A stretch of DNA of 64,000 nucleotides from an uncultured Chloroflexia bacterium (GTDB lineage Bacteria; Chloroflexota; Ktedonobacteria; Ktedonobacterales; Ktedonobacteraceae): the NCBI GenBank assembly GCA_963731415.1, contig CAVSVN010000010.1, positions 7,738 to 71,737 on the forward strand, in the 5' to 3' direction. The first letter of the stretch is position 1; each line of letters begins with the position of its first letter. Position numbers and translations under genes: made by a program. Shown here in pieces: positions 49,344 through 58,969 of this stretch. The notes beneath the pieces are model-generated. The model was not told where the DNA came from. It worked only from the letters and a program-made list of their open reading frames with translations, and made no database searches.

Positions 49344-50250
49344 CTAGTACACAGCCTCAGCCACTTTCGTGAGCAGCCAGGTGATTCCATAATACAGAGC
49401 TGCCAATCCTGCCAGCACCAGAACGGTGGCGAACATGAATGGCGTGTTAAACTGATTCTTTGCCATTAATACCAGCGCACCGAGGCCCTGACTTCCTCCA
49501 ACAAACTCTGCCACCAGCGCACCTACAATCGAGAGCGTGAAGCCAGTGCGAACAGCGGCCAGGAGAGCGGGGAGAGCGAGAGGAAATTCGATGTGGGCCA
49601 GCAAGGACCAGCCGGAAGCTCCTTCGACGCGAGCAGCATCCGTCAAGGTGGAATCAATCGTTTGCACACCCAGGATGGTGTTCACGATGAATTGGAAAAA
49701 ACACAACCAGCGTGCATACAAGTATATTGGGAAGCAGTCCATAGCCCAGCCATAGCGAAAAGAAAGGTGCGATGACAATAGCTGGAATAGCCTGACCCGC
49801 CGCTACATATGGATGAAGCGTTAGCGCAAGCACGCGCGATTTCGCCAAGCCATAGCCCAGTGGCAAGGCAATAGCCAGGGCGAGCAAGAAGCCGAGCACA
49901 CTTTCTTCAATCGTGACCAGAGCGTTGCTCAGCATTACTCCCGATGTCAGACTAGAGACTAACGTGGAGAACACATCAGCAGGTGCAGGTAGAAACAGCG
50001 CTGATACGTGGCCTGGCGTGGTGAGAACGTACCAGGCCAATAAGATGAGTCCGGCCAATACAAGTGATGGCGTAGCTGAGAGCAAGCGAACTGGCCTCAG
50101 CGTGGAGGTACGTGCTTTGTTTTGTACATGCTGGACAAGCTCATTCTCAGGTGGCGGCTTGGTCGGCTCTGTACTGGCGCGTACGGGCGTGGAAGTGCGC
50201 AGAGAAAAGTGTGCGTCCTTCCGCTTAGAAGTTGTGACACTCATGAACAT
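49344..50250 (-). pseudogene. ribX: ABC transporter permease of NitT/TauT/ThiX type (RibX-like), frameshifted
   Basis: The permease EAA-loop region DAARVEGASGWSLLAHIEFPLALP sits in the downstream ORF. The halves 49654-50250 and 49344-49778 overlap in different frames. Confidence 0.65.
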
Positions 50251-50459
50251 CCCTCTCAGTCAGAGATCTACTGATGGCTTGCACACGGGCAAAGAAAACC
50301 ATCAATGTAAGTGACTCGGGGAGGCATGTAAGGGAGACGAACGAAGATCATGAATGAGCACTCTTCCTATTCTGGATAGAGCGTAGAGAGTTACTCGCTG
50401 GATATGTGAGCATACGGAAGGTATGACGCGCATAGGCCAGGTTTTCATGGTCCACTTAT

Positions 50460-50620
50460 AAACCTTCTCCCATCCGGACTGTACCGTCGGCTTCGGAATC
50501 TCACCGAATCCTATCCTCAACGGTGTAAAAACACCGATGAGAGACTCGCGGGCTTGGCTTGCATAATACGTATACAAGCGACACCGCCGGTCGGGAATTG
50601 CACCCTGCCCCGAAGGTCTT
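50460..50620 (-). promoter_or_regulatory. FMN riboswitch (RFN element)
   Basis: The minus strand reads CUUCGGGGCAGGGUGCAAUUCCCGACCGGCGGU...AGCCCGCGAG...GGAUUCGGUGAGAUUCCGAAGCCGACGGUACAGUCCGGAUGGGAGAAGG. This matches both conserved halves of the RFN consensus. It lies about 210 nt upstream of the permease start. Confidence 0.85.
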
Positions 50621-51061
50621 CATAGATACAGTATGCCACAGAACGGAGGATATATGCAAGTATTTTACTTACAAATTTTTAGTTACTAATGGATAGCAAC
50701 ACTTTTCTACGCGATGAACTTTTTCTGTAAAGAAGCCACGCCTCTATTAATGCTCTAAAAATCGCTTGTTAACGAAGAGAAAGATTGCTTATGACTCTAC
50801 TTGTTTCTCTTCCTATCGAGAGTAATTTATAAACCTGCCCCTTGCTGGCTAAAAAAGGCTTTGATAGAAGACATTTACTTCTCAATGGTTACATTAGCGA
50901 AATACACCTTTACAACTTTCTAATTATATTATACAATTGTAATGAAGGCAAATTTGCGTATCCTTCTTCTAGTGCTTTTGCACGCTGTACATTGCCAGTT
51001 TTGTCTGGACGTAGATGTGTCTAGTACGCAGACTCTGATTGCCTGAAAGGGAGTAAAGGAC

Positions 51062-51271
51062 ATGAGCGATCTTTTGACTGTATCGGAAGTTGCCGATATT
51101 CTTCGCGTGGATGACACGACTGTTCGTCGTTGGGTGAAGCAAGGGGTATTGGATGCTGTAGTCTTGCCGCATGTGAATGAAAGGCAGGCGTACAGAATTA
51201 AGCGTGAAACGTTGGACAAGTTACTTGGTGAGAGTAATGCGTCCCAGCCGTCTGCCCAATTGGCTCAATAG
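51062..51271 (+). CDS. Excisionase-family helix-turn-helix DNA-binding protein
   Basis: LLTVSEVADILRVDDTTVRRWVKQGVL is the canonical HTH_17/excisionase motif. Confidence 0.7.
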   Translation: MSDLLTVSEVADILRVDDTTVRRWVKQGVLDAVVLPHVNERQAYRIKRETLDKLLGESNASQPSAQLAQ

Positions 51272-51311
51272 CCCATCGGGAGTACTGACGCAGTATCTAT
51301 TAACGTAGTTT

Positions 51312-51347
51312 CAATCCACATGCTGTAAGAACACAGCATGTGGATTG
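51312..51347. terminator. Bidirectional terminator hairpin between convergent genes
   Basis: Perfect 15-bp stem caatccacatgctgt/acagcatgtggattg with a 6-nt loop. Confidence 0.6.
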
Positions 51348-51366
51348 TTAATTGTTTGAGCTTCCT

Positions 51367-51729
51367 CTATTTTTCTTGCAGTACTATGAGCAGGCCACCA
51401 ATCATAGCAAGGTTCTTCAGAAAATGGATCTGTTGACCTGCGCGGCTGGCAGGTGCATCCTCCTGCCAGAAAGCATGACCGATGTAGGTAGTTGGAATAA
51501 GGGTACCAATCAGGACCAGTGCGGAAAATTTAGGGGCGATATCCAGGGCCAGGGCTGAGCCAGCCAGCGTCATAGCGGCACCATTAAGGATTGTCGCCTG
51601 CCGGGCCAGGGGAATACCAGCCTGTTCAACCTTTTGAGCACGGCCATCGGGGTTCACAAAAGCACCCCAGCCGCCGGAAATAAACATCGCGCTCAGAAGT
51701 GAGTGCCCAAGTGTTTTTACTAATGACAT
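51367..51729 (-). CDS. DoxX-family membrane protein
   Basis: 120 aa with four TM segments. LLSAMFISGGWGAF and HFLKNLAMIGGLL are typical of DoxX. Confidence 0.8.
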   Translation of the reverse strand: MSLVKTLGHSLLSAMFISGGWGAFVNPDGRAQKVEQAGIPLARQATILNGAAMTLAGSALALDIAPKFSALVLIGTLIPTTYIGHAFWQEDAPASRAGQQIHFLKNLAMIGGLLIVLQEK

Positions 51730-51990
51730 AACAATCTCCTTTTATGGAACGTGTAAGATGTAGAAGCAGTTGCCAGATAGCAACTATACCTTGTTTATAT
51801 ATCGGCTGGAATAGCTATCAAGTTTCATCTGCTGGCACACGGGCTTATAAATCGTGTCCTTACACTGATGGTGAGAGAATAAAAAGAAGTATGTCAATGG
51901 ATTATGGCTCCTGCATCCTTGTGAGGAGGCAATGCTTCCCTTTTTGCAGCATTGGTTTGCAAGGGATATAATACAACGCAAGGAGATCTG

Positions 51991-52757
51991 ATGAGTACAG
52001 AATTACGAATTATCCCAATTTCTGGTATCGGTGAGGTTCCGGCGGGAGCCGATCTGGGCCATAATCATATATGAGGCGTTACAGCAGCAGCATTTGAAGG
52101 TGGAACATGGAGATGTATTCGTGGTGACCCAGAAGATCGTCTCTAAAGCGGAGGGGCGCGTCGTAAATCTTGCTGAGATAGAAGCATCGGAGTTTGCAAG
52201 GGCGTTTGCTTTAGAATATGGGAAAGATCCCGAGCATATCGAGGTTGTTTTGCGTGAGAGCAAGCGTATTGTACGTATGGATCATGGCGTATTGATTAGC
52301 GAGACGCGCCATGGCTTTATTTGTGCCAATGCGGGCGTGGACGAGTCAAATGTCAATGGTCGGCGAGAGTTGACGCTTTTACCACTTGATTCAGATCGTT
52401 CTGCGCAGAAATTACGTTCCCGTTTACGAGAGCTGGCGAACGAAGAGGAAAAAGATGTTGCGGTAATTATTTCGGATACCTGGGGGCGTCCCTGGCGCAA
52501 TGGGCAGGTGAATATGGCGATTGGTGTCGCGGGAATGGAAGCAATTATCGATTATCGGGGACAACTTGATCCCTATGGATATGAATTGAAGGCCAGTGCC
52601 ATCGCTGTAGCGGATGAGCTAGCTGCGGCAGGCGAGTTAGTGATGGGCAAGATCGATCAAGTGCCGATTGCACTGATCCGTGGCTATACGTTATATTCCT
52701 GCTCCTGGAGATGGGCGTACATTGATACGCGATAGTGCAACGGATATGTTTCGCTAA
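51991..52757 (+). CDS. cofE: Coenzyme F420:L-glutamate ligase CofE, with apparent frameshifts near both ends
   Basis: The core GDVFVVTQKIVSKAEGR...ICANAGVD...ISDTWGRPWR lies in ORF 52031-52735. The canonical N-terminus MSTELRIIPISGIGEVPAGADLG (from 51991) and tail PAPGDGRTLIRDSATDMFR* (to 52757) are in other frames. Confidence 0.8.
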
Positions 52758-52758
52758 T

Positions 52759-53436
52759 ATGCGCCTGGAAGGTAACAAAATTATCGTGACAATACCATCA
52801 AATACCCGGCAGGCGACCATCCCTGCACGTACCGATGATCTCGCCACGCTTTTGCGTAGTCGGCGCAGTGTGCGCAAATATCAGCCGCGTCCCGTGACGC
52901 ATGAACAGCTTGAGCAGATTATAGAAGCGGCTCGTTGGGCACCATCGCCGCATGGTCGTCAGCCCTGGCGTTTCGCAGTGTTGACGCAGCAGGAACCTAA
53001 ATTGCAACTGGCTGAACACATGGGGGAGAACTGGCGTTCCAACCTTGAGATGGACGGTCAGGACAGCGAGATTGTGAATATCCGGCTGGAGAAGTCGATG
53101 CAGCGTATCCTCACTGCACCCGCACTTATTATTCCTTGCCTCTATCTTGAAGATATGGATCGTTATCCAGATGAGAAACGCCAGGCAGATGAGACGACGA
53201 TGGCGATTCAGAGCCTGGGTGCGGCAATCCAGAATATGTTGTTGATGGCGTATGATCTGGGTCTGGATAGTGGGTGGATGTGCGCTCCCCTGTTCTGCCC
53301 TGAAGTGGTTTGCGCGGCCCTGGACCTGGATGAGCGTCTGATACCCCATGCACTGATTACGATTGGATACGCTGCCGCCGATCCGCAGCGGCGTGAGCGT
53401 CTCCCGTTGGATCGTCTTATTGTCTATTTTGATTGA
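52759..53436 (+). CDS. Nitroreductase-family protein (FbiB C-terminal-domain-like)
   Basis: LLRSRRSVRKYQPRPV...IIEAARWAPSPHGRQPWRF. The ATG lies 2 nt after the restored cofE stop. Confidence 0.8.
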   Translation: MRLEGNKIIVTIPSNTRQATIPARTDDLATLLRSRRSVRKYQPRPVTHEQLEQIIEAARWAPSPHGRQPWRFAVLTQQEPKLQLAEHMGENWRSNLEMDGQDSEIVNIRLEKSMQRILTAPALIIPCLYLEDMDRYPDEKRQADETTMAIQSLGAAIQNMLLMAYDLGLDSGWMCAPLFCPEVVCAALDLDERLIPHALITIGYAAADPQRRERLPLDRLIVYFD

Positions 53437-53448
53437 GGGTCAAAAAAT

Positions 53449-54390
53449 ATGATTGTAGTTCTCGCTGGAGGAGTCGGAGCGGCACGTTTTCTGCAAGGGA
53501 TCGTACAGCATGTTCCTCAAGAACAGATTACGGTAATTGTGAATACTGGCGATGATCGAGATTTCTATGGTCTGCACGTCTCGCCCGATAGCGATATTGT
53601 GATGTATACCCTCGCCGGTATGGTTGATGAGAAGCAGGGCTGGGGTATTCGCAACGATACCTATAACACGATGCAACAACTCATCGGCTATGGAAATGAA
53701 GACTGGTTCATGCTGGGTGATCGTGATCTTGCCACGCATATTCATCGTACTAGCCTGCTTCGCCAGGGAAAAACGCTCAGCGAGGTGAGCGAGAATATAC
53801 GTGAGCACCTTGGTCTGCAAGTACGCATTTTGCCGATGAGCGACCAGCCTGTGAGCACGCATATCCAGACACCAGCAGGCTTGCTGCATTTTCAGGAATA
53901 TATGGTGAAGCGCCATTGTGCCGACGAGGTACAGGATGTCTTATTCGTGGGGTCCAGTGCGGCCAAGCCAGCACCAGGAGTGCTGGAAGCCATCAGGCAG
54001 GCTTCTGCCATTCTGATCGCGCCGAGCAATCCCATTGTGAGTATTGGAAGTATTCTTGCGGTGCCGGGTATTCATGATGCCTTGCATGAGGCGCAGGGGA
54101 TGATTGTTGCCGTGAGTCCAATTGTTGGTGGTGCGCCAATCAAGGGACCAGCCGATAAGCTTATGAGTGGCCTGGGCATGGATGTCTCCGCGCTCGGCGT
54201 TGCACGTTGTTATCGTGACTTCCTTGATGTGATGGTTATTGATGAACAGGATGCCCATCTCAGCGAGGCGATAGAAGATCTTGGGATTCCTACAATGGTC
54301 ACCAACACGATTATGCGTGATGATGCTACAAAAGCTGCTCTGGCTCGCAAAGTTTTGCAGGCAGCAGGTCTGGAGCCAGCAGGCTTGTAA
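53449..54390 (+). CDS. cofD: 2-phospho-L-lactate transferase CofD
   Basis: MIVVLAGGVGAARFLQG N-terminus and IAPSNPIVSIGSILAVPGI motif; intact 313 aa. Confidence 0.9.
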   Translation: MIVVLAGGVGAARFLQGIVQHVPQEQITVIVNTGDDRDFYGLHVSPDSDIVMYTLAGMVDEKQGWGIRNDTYNTMQQLIGYGNEDWFMLGDRDLATHIHRTSLLRQGKTLSEVSENIREHLGLQVRILPMSDQPVSTHIQTPAGLLHFQEYMVKRHCADEVQDVLFVGSSAAKPAPGVLEAIRQASAILIAPSNPIVSIGSILAVPGIHDALHEAQGMIVAVSPIVGGAPIKGPADKLMSGLGMDVSALGVARCYRDFLDVMVIDEQDAHLSEAIEDLGIPTMVTNTIMRDDATKAALARKVLQAAGLEPAGL

Positions 54391-54446
54391 ATGGTACCAT
54401 TATGAGGAAGGTACGCGTCGAATGTCATGTTTCCAGGTAAATCTTT

Positions 54447-55069
54447 ATGTATAAAGCATTGATTCCGGTTAAATCGTTAAATGAGGCAAAAAGTCGCCTT
54501 GCCGATTCCCTGACGCATGAGCAGCGCAAAACGCTGGTACTTGAAATGCTCCATCATGTGATTACGACATTACTTGCCAGTAATGTGCTTGCTGGTGTAA
54601 CTGTTGTCAGCCCTGATCCATTTGTCTTAGAAAAGGCTGAGCATGGGGAGCGCATGCACAGATAGAGGAAGAGCATGGACATAATCCTGCGCTTCACGCT
54701 GCGGCAAGAAGGGAACTGGCGGCTGGTGCAACTGCACTATTGACCCTTTCTGCTGATCTGCCTTTGCTGCATCCACACGATATTCAGGGAATGGTCGAGC
54801 GGTCCCGCTCGTATGACGTTGTGCTGGCCCCGTCGTGGGAGGGAACGGGTACGAATGGATTACTTGTGCGACCACCCCTGGCCTTGCCGTATGTCTTTGG
54901 GCCGGGTAGCTTGCAGAGCTATCTTTTGGAGGCAAAGAAAGGGCGTTTGAGGAGCATACTCTACAATAGCATCGGTATGGCGTTGGATATTGACACCATT
55001 GATGATCTAGAGATGTTTCATTGTTATGAGACCGAGGGGAAGGCAATGTATGCCTCCTGTTATGTGTAA
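54447..55069 (+). CDS. cofC: 2-phospho-L-lactate guanylyltransferase CofC/FbiD, one frameshift near 54635
   Basis: The start ALIPVKSLNEAKSRL is in frame 0. AWGAHAQIEEEHGHNPAL...LLTLSADLPLL...VVLAPSWEGTGTNGL continues in another frame. Confidence 0.75.
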
Positions 55070-55076
55070 ATTGTCT

Positions 55077-55812
55077 CTAGGTGGGTGTTGCAGAATATAT
55101 CAGAGAAAGGCCAGCAGGGTCTGTATGGACATTTGTCACACAATAGTTGAAGCCTGGGGGAAGCCCGGCAACTTTCATCTGCATCTGATTATTAATCTGA
55201 CCTTCAAAGGATTGTACAAAAGACGGTAATGGGAAACCTTGCAGGTCAGCCTGCAGCCACATGGAGATGTAACTGGCAGGAACTGATATAGGGTTGAAGT
55301 GAACCGTCAATTGACGTGTAGTGCTAATGCCCAGGATACCGAGTTGAATGTTTGCCAGTAATCACCATTGGCCCATTATGGGTAAATGAGACCTGTGCGT
55401 TCGTAACCTGGCCTGGTAAGCCTGCTGCATTCAAATTTTTCTGTACAACTTCAGTCATATATGCCGTTTTTATCTGCACCAGAATAGCGCCTGCAGCCGG
55501 AGAAGATGAAGACGCGACGGGGTGAGAATTGCCTAGCGAAAAACAGGATATAGCTGAACAATCCTGCAAGTGTGACGAGGATGCCGCGATAAATGCGATG
55601 AAAAAGAGGAGAACGCGGCCTGCTGAGCGGGTTCTGCGTGAACGATGTTCATCGTTATTGGCGGGAGTAAACGTTGCTGACGAGCTAAGGTTGTGGTTGT
55701 CTGATCCGAGAAATCCATGTCGACCTTCTCCATAAAAGAAATTGAGTATACTCAATATATTAGAACGAGATAACGCTCTAAAAAGCACAAATTTTTGAGA
55801 TAGGAGTAACAA
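55077..55812 (-). CDS. Hypothetical membrane-anchored protein, split over two frames
   Basis: ORFs 55324-55812 and 55077-55310 are colinear, with one TM segment (VLLFFIAFIAA). There is no confident family call and the start is unclear. Confidence 0.3.
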
Positions 55813-56110
55813 ATAGTATAAACGTGCTGAAAATAGTATACCTTTTTTTCAGGGTTGCTGATAGCTAATATGCTTAACTGCCAGGTATTTGTGCAGAGTG
55901 CACAAGGGAAAGCGGTAGAACTTTTGGATAAAGTGACTGTAGTATCACATCTATAAGAGTCATATTATAAATGAAGGCATCAAACTCAGCCTATTGCTGA
56001 GCCTTAAGAATGTGTATACTATACATAGGTTGCCAACGGGATTTGGGGCAATGCATGCCAGTACAGCCTGCAATGAAGCCGGGATAGACGTAAGAGGAGA
56101 GTTATAACAC

Positions 56111-57559
56111 ATGACGCCAGAAGGAAGTCTTAAAATTTGCGACGGAGAACGATGTCAAAATGGTAGACTTAAAGTTTACCGACTTGCCGGGCTCCTGGCA
56201 GCACTTCAGCATTCCCCTACACAACCTGGAAGTGGATTCGTTCGCTGAGGGAATACCATTTGATGGATCCAGCATTCGTGGTTTCCAGAGCATTGAAGAG
56301 AGCGATATGCTGATCCTCCCCGATCCTGAAACTGCAATTTTAGATCCCTTTACTGCTGTTCCCACCCTCAGCTCTAGTCTGTGATATTGCCCATCCAGGC
56401 GCTGCGGGTACGCAGAAGCGCTATAGCCGTGACCCACGCTATATCGCGAAGAAAGCTGAAGAGTACCTGCGTAGTAGCGGTCTTGCTGATACCTGTTATT
56501 TTGGCCCTGAAGCAGAGTTCTATGTTTTTGATCAAGTAAGTTATGCTGTCGACCGACAACAAGCAGTATGTCGAGGTTGATTCTGATGAGGCTCATTGGA
56601 CCAGTGGGCGAGGCTGTCAGACATAACGGATCACGCGCACTTGGCAACCTGATGCGCGTGAAGGGCGGTTACTTCCCAGTAGCGCCTAATGATACTTTGC
56701 AGGATCTGCGTTCGGAGATGGTGCTGAAGCTGGAAGAAGCGGGTATTCCGATTGAGGCGCAGCACCACGAAGTAGGTGCTGCAGGTCAGTGCGAAATTGA
56801 CGTGCGCTTCGATACGCTCGTCAAGATGGCAGATAAGATGCTGCTCTACAAGTACATCGTGAAAAACACTGCCGCTAAGAATGGTAAAACGGTTACCTTC
56901 ATGCCGAAGCCCGTCTTTGGCGACAATGGTTCCGGTATGCACACTCATCAGAGCCTGTGGAAAGAGGGCAATGCGTTATTCTTTGACGCCGATGGGTATG
57001 CTGGACTCTCGACAGATGGCACGGTACTATATCGGTGGAGTTCTCAGCCACGCACCTGCTCTGCTGGCTATTGCAGCTCCGACCACCAATAGCTACAAGC
57101 GCCTGGTCCCTGGCTTTGAGGCTCCCGTCAATCTGGTCTTCTCCAAAGGGCAACCGTAGCGCGGCGGTCCGTATTCCGATCACCCAGAGTCCTAAAGCCA
57201 AGCGCGTCGAGTTCCGCTCTCCCGATGCAGCTGCTAACCCATACCTGTTGTTTTCCGCTCTCTTGATGGCAGGTCTTGATGGCATTCGCCGCGAGATCGA
57301 ACCCAGTGAGCACGGTTATGGGCCAGTTGATCGTGACCTGTATAGCCTGTCTGCAGAAGAACTGCGCGAGATTCGTTCCGTTCCCGGTTCTCTGCATGAG
57401 TCTCTGGATGCCCTGGAAGCTGATCATGCCTTCCTGTTGGAGGGTGGCGTCTTCACCGAAGATGTGCTTGAAAAGTACATTGCCTTCAAGCGTGACCAGG
57501 CAAACGAGATTAACTTGCGTCCGGCACCAATCGAATTCTCTCTGTACTATGATGTCTAG
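56111..57559 (+). pseudogene. glnA: Glutamine synthetase type I, about six frame changes
   Basis: All GS-I blocks are present in order but in alternating frames: [111 protein letters not shown]. Confidence 0.85.
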
Positions 57560-57584
57560 TCTGACAGTTTGATACTGACAAAAA

Positions 57585-57620
57585 GGGTGGAAGCTTATTA
57601 TAAGCCTCCACTCTTTTTAT
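57585..57620 (+). terminator. Rho-independent terminator after glnA
   Basis: Imperfect stem gggtggaagctta/taagcctccactc followed by TTTTT. Confidence 0.55.
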
Positions 57621-58504
57621 GTATCGCGCTTACTGTCAGAAAGACCATAAATTCGCCAAATTCTACTCATGACGCATATCTCCCCGTTTCGGCGAACTTA
57701 TCTGGCAACCCACACTTACAGTAGTGTTAAGAAAGATTGAGCTTGAGAGGATGTGAAACTGTTCCACTTTCTTGCTGGAAAACGTGCTGCTTCCTGCTAG
57801 CATCAATGCTGCAGTGAAACTTCCACTTTCTAAATGCCACTATAACTGGCACCAATTTCGTAGATGTTTGGGGAGATACCTAATAGTGTATAATAACTGA
57901 CATGTCTTATCCTATTGTCAAAGGGGTTATTCTCCTCGGTTTCTCGGATAACGTCGGCATACAAATGAAGTACGAGCAGTCAATAGGTAAGAGCTATCTG
58001 CAAGAAGCCCAAGAACTGGCAAGTAAGGGTGAGACTGAACGGCTCCTCAGTGACCCCTCTGGTCTTTGTGGGGAGTTGCCTATCTCGACGTTTCTATGGT
58101 ATCCTGTTTCTTGTTGAGGATGATTTCTTTCTCTGGTCGTTTTATCAGAGAAGGTTGCTATCGTCTGATGGGTGATCATTCTGACCATATACTGCCCATA
58201 GATAGATATCAAGAGATGCTATCCACGTGAGTATGGCCTGCCGATAATGAACATACCCAGAGATTGGGGAATATATCAATGAGAGCAATAAAGATGAATG
58301 GCATCATACTATCAGACGCCCATGCGAATGAAATCCTCTGTGGGCAAGGACTCCGCTCTCTTGTTCATGAAAACCCATCACCTGTTCCACTTTTGTGCGT
58401 GCTTTCTGAATGTGTAATATTGATACATATCGATTTTAATCAGAGAGTAGGCACTGTTTTCCAGGCATTGGACATCCGTTCCATGCAAGACATCACTCGT
58501 AATA

Positions 58505-58515
58505 CCCCCCCCCCC
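58505..58515. repeat. C11 homopolymer tract
   Basis: Eleven consecutive C residues in a gene-poor region. Confidence 0.95.
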
Positions 58516-58969
58516 AGGTAGATATATCTGCATATAGAGATAGAAGAAAAGACGAACCGAGGATCAGTGGAGAGAGGGAGTGGAGGTCGTTTGCTTCAGT
58601 AGTTTCCTACAGATCGCTTCACCTTTCTGCTACGAAGAAGACGTTGCAGATCCTGAGCAAGGATCTTGTTGTATCTTATCGGCCTATCTCCAGAATCAGT
58701 GATTCCCATTTGTACCACCTTCTTGATACTATGTACGGAAGTAGTGATGTAAGGAGGGTAAGGAGACAGGATGTCTTAAAGAGGCTGGGCGGGTCTTTTT
58801 CTGAGGAAGATCACAAAGAGAATGGGAAGCAACCAAAGCCTGGAACACAAAAGCCAGAGAAACCAAAGCCGGAAAGAAAGGGTGATAAGGGATCGCGAAG
58901 GGTGAAGCGGCCAAAGGTACAGGGATTGGTATCTTTTCTCCTCCAAAAGAGGAGTGGGTTGGTATGCTG

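Noticed and set aside
50460-50545. My first impression was a cobalamin riboswitch, because of GGUGAGAUUCCGAAGCCGACGGUACAGU.
   Set aside because: Extending upstream reveals the second half-site GGGCAGGGUGCAAUUCCCGACCGGCGGU...AGCCCGCGAG and the closing GGAUGGGAGAAGG. Together these are the FMN (RFN) consensus, and no B12 box is present.
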